Assembly: GCA_937625935.1 (NCBI GenBank)
Contig: OW569392.1
Span: forward strand, 62,001-126,000
Direction of reading: 5' to 3'
Source of the DNA: Tetramitus jugosus
Taxonomy: Eukaryota > Protista > Heterolobosea
Length of the DNA: 64,000 nucleotides
Below are positions 29,101 through 39,949 of the stretch, piece after piece. Below the pieces are notes generated by a model. That model ran no database searches, was not told the origin of the DNA, and was given only the letters and a program-made list of their open reading frames with translations. The position numbers and the translations under genes are program-made. Every line of letters begins with the position of its first letter. The first letter of the stretch is position 1.

Positions 29101-32100
29101 AACTACCAAATGGAAGACGGCGATCCATGAAATCGTTATCATCAGAAGCAAACTCATGATTGAATTCGTCCTCGTCATCAAAATCACTGCCATAGTTAAT
29201 ATCAGTCTCGGTTCTATCCGTGATCGAGCGATCAGTCACTGAATAGAGTGCCTCGCCCTGTTGTACGGATCCAGAACGACTTGTTCGACCAATTGTGGAA
29301 GGACCTCGCCCTTCTACGGTTGAAGGAGCTTGTGGCAGAGGCAACTTGAAAGAAGTAACTGGAGGGGTAGATGAATCCAAGGATGCACCTCCAATTTTAA
29401 GCTTCAGTATGTTAGCCAAAGCGGAAGGTAGATTCGCTTGAGGGTTATGTACTCTCACAGAGGCAATATCATCCATATCATCATCATTTGGAGTTGTGTC
29501 AGTCTTCTTAGCTCCAATAGAGAGTGACGGAATCTTGACCCCGAAGGAAGATTTACCCTTTGGTGTTGGGGAACCAGGTTCACTGTCACTATCTGAGCCA
29601 GAGTCGGAAGACGAATCGTCATTGTGTCGAGGAGTCTTGTTGCTTGTGGTGCTCTTAGCCGATGATTTCGCAGTATTTATGATCATGCTGCCACCATCAT
29701 TTATCACACCACCCATGTTGACGGTAGGTACCTTTGTTAAGGGTAGTTTCACTCCGAATGATAAAGATGGAACAACTGGCTTTTGAATTGGAGCAGTTTG
29801 CTCTTCCTGTGCTTTTGGCTTCATACCAAGAAGAGGGATAACTGGTTTTTTGATAGCAGGGACACTCTTTGCTGATTCTTTAGGGGAATTCTCCTGTGCC
29901 GGCTTGACATCGGATCCTCCAGGTAAAGCCAATTTCAAATTGATACCTCCTGAGACAGCGGTAACTTGTCCAATGGCTTTCAAAGCGAGACCTGGAACGC
30001 TTTTTGGTGGGGTGGTTTGTGCGTTTGGTGAATCCAAGTATGAATCATCAGTTCTTTCGTCAGTTTGATCTTCTGTATCTGAGTCTGAATGTTCTTCTGT
30101 CTCACTCTCGTAGTCGCTCTCAGTTTCAGAGTATTCCGAATCTGCACCCTGATTATAATTTCCATTACTTGGTTTGCTCTCAAGTGCCCTATGTTTTTTG
30201 AACTTTTCATCAATCTCGTGTTCTAGACTCACTTCTCGAGCCAAAAACCTGACAACCTTCATACGGAAAAATCGATCGGTTGTTACAGGAGTCTTATTAA
30301 TCGAGAAAGCAATCAAAACATTGAGATGTAGAGTGCAAGCTTCGAGAGTTTGTGGATCTGTTGCAGGACTAATGTACAGCTTGACAAAATTCAAATAATG
30401 ATATCGAATGTAAGTGCTGACATAAGATTCAATATGCATGAATGGCAAATTTGGCAATCGGAAGATCTTGTCCAACAATTTCAGCATTTCTCGTTTCACG
30501 GTGTACTGTTGTTGAATTGGACCCTTTGTGAGAAAATGCAACACTAATCCATCAACAGGATTGACCAAGAAATCAAATTGTTTCATGACACTATTATTCT
30601 CCTCCTCCTCTTCCACAGATGAATCTGCAGATGTCAATATTGGCGTTTTGATTCTCTTTTGTTGTTGATCCAAAAATTCTTGACCTAAATCTTGGAACAG
30701 ATTCATGATGATTTGATAATGTTTCATCAAGCGCAATCTCATGGATTCTAAATTGTGAGCCTCAATATCTAAATCGTCGTTCAACAATAAGAATTTGGCA
30801 TATTCACGTAGCCAATAGAAGTTATCTTCGTTATCAACCAAGTTGAAATAGAAGAACTCCATCAATAAAGGATGTCTTTCAGGACTATCCATAATAAAGT
30901 CGAAAATCTCCAACATGTGGTGAATAACATGAACGATTGTGTTCTTGTGGAACCCGTAGTTGAGTCCATAACTCGAATGACTCATTTGTCTTGCCATCAC
31001 TTGAATCCTCAGCAATGTTTCCAAGCATACAGCTGTGCATTGTGATGCATGTACACGTGAGATACATGAATTTAAATATCGTGACAGTGACTTTAGTTGA
31101 TACTCAAGCTCAACCAAATCTTCGTTTTCAATAATTTGGTCCACTATTCCGGCCCATCTCCATAAGAAAATGTCAAATTTCTTTAGGGCTCTGTCCCTAG
31201 TTGGATCATAAACAATCTTTTTGCCCGAAGCATGATCGTTGTAGTTGCGCCACAAGTGGAAGTACTTTGCCTCCACATCTTCTGCATACTGTGACAGAAT
31301 ATCATAAATAATGTTGAATATTTCTTCCTTCACAGATTTGATCAATGCTTCATTGGGAGTTCTTGCAGGCGACTTGTCATTCCTAAACTCCTCACTCATG
31401 TTATTCAACTCGGACATGAGCAAATTGACGGGATTTCTCGATATTTTACGTGCAAGATGGAACCTAGTGAGCTTTTGTAGGAGCAGCAACGAAAAGTATC
31501 TTGAGATTGTGATTGACTCAAGAATATCAGGATCGAGCAAGAGCAAAATGGGATCTTCTCTGAATTGGAACTGATCCATCTCATCGTCACTCTTGCTTCC
31601 TCTTACCTCATCTACAATTGCTTCATCAATCTCTGAACTGTTCATGTTGTGTTGTTGCGAAGCCAGTTGCAAGTCCAAATCACGCCTAATCGGAATCAAA
31701 AAAGTCAAATCATTTGCAATGTACAATTCTCCAAGCTTTGCGGCCAATGAACCAAAATATTCCACAATGGTCTTGCTCTGAAACAGTTTGTCACCGTCCT
31801 TGTCGAGCTTCAACTGCTTAGTTGTGGCCGTGTGAGTCCGCAAAGTATCAATACTTAGCTTCAAATTGTCTAAATTTACATAATTCAAATCGTGGTTCAT
31901 TCTTCGACTGGAACGTGTGTAACTGGTCATTGTATTCACTGGAGCAGTTTTCATGGGCAATGAAAGAGGAGGCACTTTTAAGCGACTCGCAGGGCTGTCA
32001 GGATTCGAGGACAATGGACTGTTGGAATTTGCAGAGTTGAGTCCACTGAGATTCAAACTGAATGAAACAGAGGACGAAGACCGATTTCTCATCGGAGACT

Positions 32101-33483
32101 GTGCACCATTGTTCATACTATGACCAGCACCGTTCATACTAGGGCTATTATGATTGTGATGATTTGTGAGAGCAGAAAGATTGAGAACAGATGCTCTTGC
32201 TAATGGAGACAACATGGCCGATGCGGTAGCACCTGTTGTCGTCGTTGTCGTCGTAGCAGCGGAAGTTGTTCCTGTTGTTGCCGTTGATGATACTCTGGGA
32301 GACACCAAAGCAGCAGGAATCTCATTATTCGGCGAAGTATAAATACTGCTAAAATCAGTGCTCTTGGTTCTCTCTTGTCTCACACTACTCTGTCCAGCCA
32401 TCATATTCGAATAGTTTTGTGTGAGCAATTTAGGTCTCTGATGGAGTTGATTGTTGGGTGACAATCGAGGACTCATCATACCTCGCGCAGAAGAAATGGT
32501 CGGTCTCCTCGCATGTGAATACTTGCTGCTCGATAAATGAGTAGTTGTTGATGTAGATGTGGTTGAACTACCACTACCACCACCATTATTTCTGTTTCCA
32601 TAATAGTGACCATGATTGTTACTGGATGAAGAAGATGAGCCCATGAGAGCAGACGTGGCCAATTTGGTGCCATACAGATCCAACACTAGATTCACACCAT
32701 TCATATCAATCATAAAATACCTCAATAGTGCCTCATTGTGCTTCATTAGTTCATTCATCATGTACAACAAGTGAGGAATCTCTGGTTGTTGTGAGAGTGA
32801 CCATCCCTCTGATGAAGCAAAAGAGTAGTCTTGTTGTTGAGTGTTGTGACGATGTGATGATGAAGAGAGGAACATCATTTGATCAAACAGTGCGTCACAA
32901 AAGCTTTCCATGTGAGCTTCCTGATTCAAATCAGTAGATTTGATCACTTGAATGCACAGACTCAATAAACGAGTCATCTTTAGCTCTCCCATTAGCTCTT
33001 CATCACTATCGAGATTGATCAGTGATGCATCATCAGTGGATGATTCATGAGGAGGATTTTGTTGTAGTTGTCGCGCTGATGATGAAATGGATGATAGTTT
33101 GGAAGAGACGTGATGCAAGCATTCGAAAATGGCTTGATACAGTCCCATTTCCAACCATTCATCAACGGAATCTGGTTGATTGGAACTTGTTCCATCTTGT
33201 TGCTGTACAATTTCTGTATATATTAAATCTAGTATCTATCATTGAGCACAAAACAACACGTGCAGAAAAAAAAAGGGCAAACGAACAAAAAAATTTTTGT
33301 GTTAGCGGCCGTTCAAAAATCTGTACGCGCAGAGAGAAATAAAAAGCGCGCGAAACAAAACAACAAGCTCTCTCTCTTGTCCAATAGTAGTCGTAGTACA
33401 CTTACGTGGCACTTATCAAGCAACTTTGTTGGGTCACAAAGGCGTGCTAGCAATTGAGTTTTTGGATTCGAAACTTCATTCAT
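26147..33483 (-). CDS. Large Ser/Thr protein kinase fused to a dual-specificity pseudophosphatase domain and a Cys-rich tail (2 exons)
   Basis: Exon 1 is 33483-33406 (MNEVSNPK...DKCH) and exon 2 is 33235-26147. The phase-0 intron 33405-33236 reads GTAAGT...GCTAAC...TAG. Kinase motifs: IGFGAFGDV, VAVK, HFDIKCDN, DFG, SPEML, SDVWSLG. DSP fold: LGITHVINCS...AFEFVKDAIKKRGRVMIYSGKGLSRG...AYLSVKNHRP. Confidence 0.85.
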
Positions 33484-33965
33484 TGTCGTTGTTGTTCGAT
33501 ATTGATTGTTGTGTGTGAATGATCAGTACTGATGGTAGTTTTCAAAAACACAAAATCTCTCTCTGTTGTTTTTTTGATGTCAATAAATAAGTGATATGAG
33601 AAAAATTGATGGGGAAAGGAGAGAAGGGATGGTGGGAAGTGATGATGAATAGAGAGAGGAGAGAAGAAAATTTTGGGGATAATGAGAAATTTTTTTTCCT
33701 GACTCTTTCTTGATGTTCTTGTTGTTCTTGATGTTTTTGTGCTTGTGTGTTGTTGGGCACAACAAAACTCAACTGCTGTGCCTTCCATGGAAAACTGATT
33801 CTTGACGTTTGATGTCAGCCCCGCTGTCGGTGAATATTCTTTCCGTTGAGGCTTGTGCACTTTTTATTTCGGAAATGGGTTGGAATTACAAAATTGTGGT
33901 TGAACTAATGACCTATGAGAGAGAATCCACAATCTCGTCTCATGCGTTTGAAAAGTGACTAGATT

Positions 33966-35972
33966 TTATCTAGGCTCAATTGTTCTTGACTTCTCCAGGA
34001 ATTGTTGTGAAATGTCTGGACTCTTGAAGGATTGGCAGTGGTAAATTTCTGAGGTTATAAAGGATTGTATGACAGGCACCTCTCTGAACAATGTTCGATA
34101 CCGCCTAGCATACTTTTGGAAAGTGTGCATCTCTGCCATAATCTTTGAATAGAGTCTAAACTTGTTAATGTGGATCAACTTGATTCCACCTTGGACTTTC
34201 ATCCAATTGTCATAACCAGTTTGCACGGCAGAGAACTGAGATAGGAAAACTCCTATGTACGGCAGGCATGGAGCTTGACAATTTCGGCACTCCTGCGTCA
34301 GAGCCTTAAATCTCTTTGAAGGATTGAGCAACGTGTCTAGAATACCCAAGAAGGCCACATCTCTGCACGACAACAAGGCCTTTGTGCGCTTCAAACGGAA
34401 CACAGCTTGACTACTCAATGAGGAGAACACAGCCATCAGAGAGTGATAACTGTCTAACGTGTACAATTGTCTCATGAGTTCAATGAGTCCCGTAATGACC
34501 TTTGCTCTACCCTCTGGAGTCTCTTCACTCAAAATTTGTGAAACAGCCCATCGATTCGTCATATCGAAATGATCAATCATTAGACTAATGTTTGGTGAGA
34601 ATTGCTTTAAATCATTGGCGTCGTGATAATCTCTCGACACGCACTCACTATTCTCAATGGAACAAAACAGCTTGTAATCCATGAGAGTCAATTGAATTGC
34701 AAATTCACTCAAATGCAAAGACCAGTCAAATCGTTCACCATTGCCACTTGTTACTGCTTGTTCCATGTCCTTCTCACTGCTCTCCTCAATTTGCTTCAAA
34801 TGGAATTTTGTAATGGAATAATTGAATGGTTCTTCTTCTTCGTCTTCGTCATCTTCATCTTCATCCGTTGCTTCTTCATCATCGTCATTTGCTCCTTCAG
34901 AGTCACTATTCTCTGTAGCTAATTGATCCCAATCCATGGATAGAGCATATGTGGGACTATAAGTCTCCATTGTCTGTTGTTGGATATGGATCAACTTTTG
35001 TTTCATCTTCTCCAGTTTTTCCTTGATGAGTTGCTCTTCTTCATTGGTTGTAGCTGTGGTTGTTGATGATGAAGAGGACGAATGGGTTTGATTGGAGCCA
35101 TTGCTTGTGGAATCACCAGTGGAGGAGGAAGATGAGGAGGAGCTTTCACTCGATGAAGATTCCGTATTGTTGTTGTGGTTGTTGTTCAGCTGGTGTTGAT
35201 CATTGTACAATTCTTGTAGCCTATTGATGATATGGGTGACGAATTGACTAATGTAGTATTCGTCAAAGCTCTTGTTATGAGCATTAGCTTGCTCTATTTT
35301 CACAGCTTCACTGCTGTTAGCTGTTGTAGTCGTAGTTGTGGTTGAGGAGTTTCCCGCCAGAATTGTATTTACTCCTCTGGATTGTAAGATGGAATTTTCA
35401 TTGGAAATTTCCTGGTCGACAAACTGAAGGCACTGCTGTAGCAAATCACTCTGTAGGAACCAGTCTGTAGAATACTGCTGCAACCAAATCATCAGTATGT
35501 TCAAAATCCATTCTCTTCTCTGCACAGAAGGCTTCACTCCCAATTTACACTTATTGTATCTGTCAATCCATTTATTCAGTAGCTGTATGGGTCCTGAAGC
35601 TGGAGCTACTTGAGCTGTAGCTCCTCCATCAACTCTCTCTTCCTCTTCACTCTTACTACTTGTTGTTGTTGTTGTTGTTGTTATAATGGTAGAAGAGGAA
35701 GCAGAAGCAGCTACTGTAGTAGATGTCGTTGATGGTGTGATTGGTGCTGGTGTAGGAGGCAAAAAGCAGTGATGACTCATGAACATGAGTGATATTAGCT
35801 CCTGGTAGCCTGACTGTTGTGTCTCAATTTTGTCAATCATCTTGTCGAGTGAAACTGCTCGTATAGAGTATGGTTGTTCAGAATTGAAAATTTCTGATGG
35901 CGGTTTCACAACAAGGTTTGGGATACCTGTCAGTTTTTGTGCCACTGGTGTTGTTGGTGTTGTTGTTGTCAT
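33966..35972 (-). CDS. RasGEF (REM + CDC25 domain) guanine nucleotide exchange factor
   Basis: REM-like IRAVSLDKMIDKI and ILNILMIWLQQYSTDW. CDC25 motifs FAIQLTLMDYKLF, NRWAVSQIL...RAKVI, SLMAVFSSLSSQAVFRLKRT, PCLPYIGVFL and IHINKFR. Confidence 0.92.
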   Translation of the reverse strand: MTTTTPTTPVAQKLTGIPNLVVKPPSEIFNSEQPYSIRAVSLDKMIDKIETQQSGYQELISLMFMSHHCFLPPTPAPITPSTTSTTVAASASSSTIITTTTTTTSSKSEEEERVDGGATAQVAPASGPIQLLNKWIDRYNKCKLGVKPSVQRREWILNILMIWLQQYSTDWFLQSDLLQQCLQFVDQEISNENSILQSRGVNTILAGNSSTTTTTTTANSSEAVKIEQANAHNKSFDEYYISQFVTHIINRLQELYNDQHQLNNNHNNNTESSSSESSSSSSSSTGDSTSNGSNQTHSSSSSSTTTATTNEEEQLIKEKLEKMKQKLIHIQQQTMETYSPTYALSMDWDQLATENSDSEGANDDDEEATDEDEDDEDEEEEPFNYSITKFHLKQIEESSEKDMEQAVTSGNGERFDWSLHLSEFAIQLTLMDYKLFCSIENSECVSRDYHDANDLKQFSPNISLMIDHFDMTNRWAVSQILSEETPEGRAKVITGLIELMRQLYTLDSYHSLMAVFSSLSSQAVFRLKRTKALLSCRDVAFLGILDTLLNPSKRFKALTQECRNCQAPCLPYIGVFLSQFSAVQTGYDNWMKVQGGIKLIHINKFRLYSKIMAEMHTFQKYARRYRTLFREVPVIQSFITSEIYHCQSFKSPDISQQFLEKSRTIEPR

Positions 35973-36542
35973 TTTGGTCGTTTGTTGTTGTTGAAAAATT
36001 TGTTGTTATTGTTGTTGTGAGATTGTGTTCGATGGATAGTAGGTGATATCCTTCTATAACTGTGGAACTTGTTCAGTGATGATGATGTTGTGTACAGGGA
36101 AAGAATTATCGTTATTGATGCTGTTATCGTTTGCTGCTGTTGTTTTTCTTTTTTTACGGAACTGTTTTGTGACAGGGGTGTCAAACGTCCTTGTGTAGGT
36201 CAGAAAAATTCAAATGAGAGCAAATGGTGAGGCAGTTGTTGCTTCTCCTCGGTTGGTACAAGTTTTGAAGGTTTGTGTGAAGAAGATGGTTATAAGGACA
36301 ACTTGCCACTATTACGTTTGATCGAATACTGAATTGACAAAAAGTGCTGTTTGGCTGGGTTGAAGAGGCGGTTCAATGGTCCGTTTTTCTCTCGCAAGGG
36401 AAGTGTGTGTTGTTGAGATTCTACTGACAGCTTGACATGCGTGTTGTCGGACAACGAAAAAAATTGTGAATGAACAAGTTGGGTATAAACATGGTGGTGC
36501 TAGTTTACTCCAGCTCCAATTTTGTTGGTGAAGTAGGGGGAT

Positions 36543-37727
36543 TCAACTCAAAGGAATCAATCCTTCTTTTGTCCAAAAACTACGAAGAAAATCCCTCCTG
36601 CTCACTGGTCCAGGATGTGATCCGTTTGATGTCAATGCCGCCCGATTTTCCTTACAATTTCGGTGTTGGTTTATGATTGTGTCGTATATGTTTTCTTCCA
36701 TTTCTTCATGTGGTTGGCTGTCTTCATAGGTTTTCAGGAAATCTGCTTGCATCTTCTCTTGCTCTGCTCGTTCTTCTTTGAGTCTAGTGTCGTTCCTGTC
36801 TTTGCGAATCTTGTTACATCGTTTCTCTAAATCTCGAACTGTTTCACTGATGGAATTCACTTTGTCTGGTTGTTTGGCACTATTGTATACCTTCCCGAAG
36901 ACGACGGGCTTGGATGTTCGTGGTCTCAGTTTCTCAATTATGAACCTTTTGTCATCTTCATCCAATTCATGACGGTCTAAAATCTTCAGTGATTTATGAA
37001 ATTTCTCAATCACTCTCTCCTTGTATCCCTCCTCAAAGTAACAAGGATTGTCGAACAAACATAAATCTTCAACCTTCAGAGGACTCAAGTATGTTAATAC
37101 TTTGGAAATATCAGACAGTGAGTTAGTGTGGAGGGACAATATTCGTAAGTGCTTCAAGAGACGAATTCCTGATCCTTCGAGAGTGTTCAACTTGTTATTG
37201 TGAAGATAGAGTTCTGTTAAGAGGATTAAACCACTCAATTTTGTTCGACTAAGCAATTTGACTCGTTCAGACTGTTTAAAACTGTTCTCATATTCCATAT
37301 CATTCTGAAGCATGAGTGTATCCGACTTTGGCAGATTCTCATACGCCAATGGCTTCTCAAACCGTTCAATCTTGTTTCCGTTCAACCACAATACTCTCAG
37401 CTCAATGTACTTGAAGACTACTTCAGGTATGTGAACCAAGTTCTTGTTTCCAATGTGTACCTCTCGCGTTGATTTCTGCTCAAAGAATTCCTTTCTGTTA
37501 AATGATTTGACAGACTCACCATTCACCATCTGATTCGCACTTGAATCTTCGTGTTCAGCTCTAATACTACCCACTGTGCTTACATCAGATGGTATGTCAG
37601 GAAATTCTTCTTCTGGAGGAGCAACAACAATTGGTTCCTGTGGTACTGGCGTCGCAGATTTGGATGAACCTCGCGATTTAACATTAGTCTTCTTCTTTGT
37701 TGACGACAAGCTAGAACCCTTCTTCAT
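36543..37727 (-). CDS. SDS22-type leucine-rich repeat protein with LRRcap (LRRC72-like, possibly flagellar)
   Basis: LRRs LRVLWLNGNKI, LTELYLHNNKL and LRILSLHTNSL, with cap LCLFDNPC...YKERVI...LKILD. The start is placed at MKKGSS (37727); an upstream in-frame ATG exists at 37820. Confidence 0.75.
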   Translation of the reverse strand: MKKGSSLSSTKKKTNVKSRGSSKSATPVPQEPIVVAPPEEEFPDIPSDVSTVGSIRAEHEDSSANQMVNGESVKSFNRKEFFEQKSTREVHIGNKNLVHIPEVVFKYIELRVLWLNGNKIERFEKPLAYENLPKSDTLMLQNDMEYENSFKQSERVKLLSRTKLSGLILLTELYLHNNKLNTLEGSGIRLLKHLRILSLHTNSLSDISKVLTYLSPLKVEDLCLFDNPCYFEEGYKERVIEKFHKSLKILDRHELDEDDKRFIIEKLRPRTSKPVVFGKVYNSAKQPDKVNSISETVRDLEKRCNKIRKDRNDTRLKEERAEQEKMQADFLKTYEDSQPHEEMEENIYDTIINQHRNCKENRAALTSNGSHPGPVSRRDFLRSFWTKEGLIPLS

Positions 37728-37935
37728 TCGTACTAGCCAGACACACAGTTTTGATTCGAGGAAAGCATGATGATTCTCCGTAAGTTCGTTAACGGCAGTT
37801 GACAGCTGAATGTCAATCATCGAAACAACAATTGAGGCTGGCCATAATTTACATCAATTTTATTCAATTTTGTAATGTGTGAAGTTATGCACACATACGG
37901 TTCAGTTTCTTAATGTTGCCGTGCAGCAGTGTGCC

Positions 37936-38922
37936 TTAGGCACAGCTCAAAGTATTATCCACAATATTTACAAAAATTCTTCCGTCGTCGGCCACTTGAA
38001 AAACGACACTCGTCGCTTCAGAGGACACAACGATTGAATTTCTTTGCTTGTCGCTTGTTACAACCAAATTTTGACTGATTCTCTTCTGTTGATGTTGGTC
38101 ACCTCCTTCAATTGCCAACAATACCTCTGGATGGTGCTCCTTCAAAAATTTCAAGTCAACCGTATTGTTCATGTGATGTTCCCAGAAATTGGACTTGTTA
38201 ATGACTTGACCAAGCACTAAATTCACCATGTATTCATCCATTGTTGGCAACGACTGAATACTCAACTCCTTCAATTGCTCTTTGCGCTCTTGATTAAACT
38301 GTGGACAGTTGTCAGAGAGAGCCAAGTAATAAATGAGGAGCATCTTGGCTTCAAAGTTTCTCTTTCTGCTCTCTTCTTCTGAGTAGAGAACTAATTGATA
38401 GTTTCCTGGAGAGAAAGCTTTTTCGGTTGATTGGCCGTTGGTTGCGTTTTCTTGAGCTCTTGGAGAGTTTTTCTTGGAGAAGAGACCCTTGATTTTAGTG
38501 GCAAACAACTTGCACTTTGATTTTGTATTCTCGAGCAGTTGCTTCATTTTTTGTGAACCTTTTCTTGGAGAGGACATTGGTGATTGAGGAGGAGAAAGTT
38601 GAGCTGGAGGACCGTCAGCGACAACGGTCTGTTCAGCTTGTTTTTCTTGTTGTTGTTCTTCCTCATTGACAGAATCTGTTTCGTCAACAACAGGTGGTGG
38701 AGTTTGTTGTTCTTCCTTGTCAAGGTGAGGCTCTTCTGGTTGAGTCAACGACAAAGTTACTTCACCTGAACCGATACTTACTTCAGAGATAGATTTTTCC
38801 GTGTTCTCAACAGAGAATGTTTCTTCGGCTTGGTCCGTAGGAGAAATTGGTCCCACTTTTTGTTCCATGGAACAGTCAGTTTCGGGGATAGTTATGGTAG
38901 GCACTTCAGTGTTGTTAGTCAT
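37936..38922 (-). CDS. Hypothetical protein (acidic disordered N-terminus, globular C-terminus)
   Basis: Long ORF whose ATG at 38922 follows an A/C-rich leader on the minus strand. No recognisable motif. Confidence 0.6.
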   Translation of the reverse strand: MTNNTEVPTITIPETDCSMEQKVGPISPTDQAEETFSVENTEKSISEVSIGSGEVTLSLTQPEEPHLDKEEQQTPPPVVDETDSVNEEEQQQEKQAEQTVVADGPPAQLSPPQSPMSSPRKGSQKMKQLLENTKSKCKLFATKIKGLFSKKNSPRAQENATNGQSTEKAFSPGNYQLVLYSEEESRKRNFEAKMLLIYYLALSDNCPQFNQERKEQLKELSIQSLPTMDEYMVNLVLGQVINKSNFWEHHMNNTVDLKFLKEHHPEVLLAIEGGDQHQQKRISQNLVVTSDKQRNSIVVSSEATSVVFQVADDGRIFVNIVDNTLSCA

Positions 38923-39949
38923 GTTGTTATGGATAGAGTGAACTCCACACTTGCTCAAGCTAGAATTTGATGTTTGTTGTTTGTTGTTTTGTGTTTGTGT
39001 AGCTCATAAACCTGACCAACCGAATTTAAATAGTTCCCAGATCCTTCCAGGAAGGAGAAAGCTGTAGGGCTGTCAGTTAATGCTCAAAGCCACGAATCCT
39101 TTCAAAGCTGCACCGGTTGTACTTTTGAGCGGACGAATCATTTCAAATGTCCGAATCGCATGTCGTTTTGGGTGTTGCCCCAAGTTGCCAAAAAATATCC
39201 TTTGTTGGCGCCCAATGATATCGGACGTGAAAAATTACAATTTCAGAGTATACAAATAAAAAGGTACTCTTGGCTCAGAAGTATCTTCTTTCCTAACCTC
39301 TTTCTCTTCCTTCCAAAAATTTCATTGTTCCTCTGTGAAATTTCTTTACAAGACGCTTGGAAGTCAATGACTTGAAGATTCAATAGTTTTGAATAACATC
39401 GAGACTACCTTCGCTCATGGGCGCTGTCAACCCTAATCAGGCGATACACTGCCCGACATCAATTGAACAGGATCAACGAAAACAAGTACGAAAGTTAAAC
39501 CCTCCTGACCCAGATTCATAACCACTACCAGCTTCGAATTGAGTTACACCACTAATTTAATATGACAATTTGAGGAAGTTTAACCAGTGTCGTAAAACAT
39601 GTACTGGGGTATCGAAATGCCCACACAACAAGTAATCTTACTTACTATCACAAAGGAAACAGTGTTGAATTCCCAGAGTTAGGAGCTTGAAGACTTGTTT
39701 TTTTTATACAAAACCATCAAGTCCGAGGTGGAGGGAGAAGCAGGAGAATACCAACCCGCAGCGAAGACTATTTTTCGAAGTCTTGTACTATTGATGAGAA
39801 CAAATCGTATCTGCGAAGAAGAACACCACCGAGCCAAAGCTCATTCGAATAGATGGAGAACTCAACGATGGAGATAAGTTCTTCTTTTTCTTCGAACGCT
39901 GGAAAATTTGTATTCATTAGTTGGACAATACAAAGGAAAGGATCACTTT

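Noticed and set aside
39160-39900. Short plus-strand ORFs in a long intergenic gap
   Set aside because: All frames are interrupted and show no recognisable motifs.
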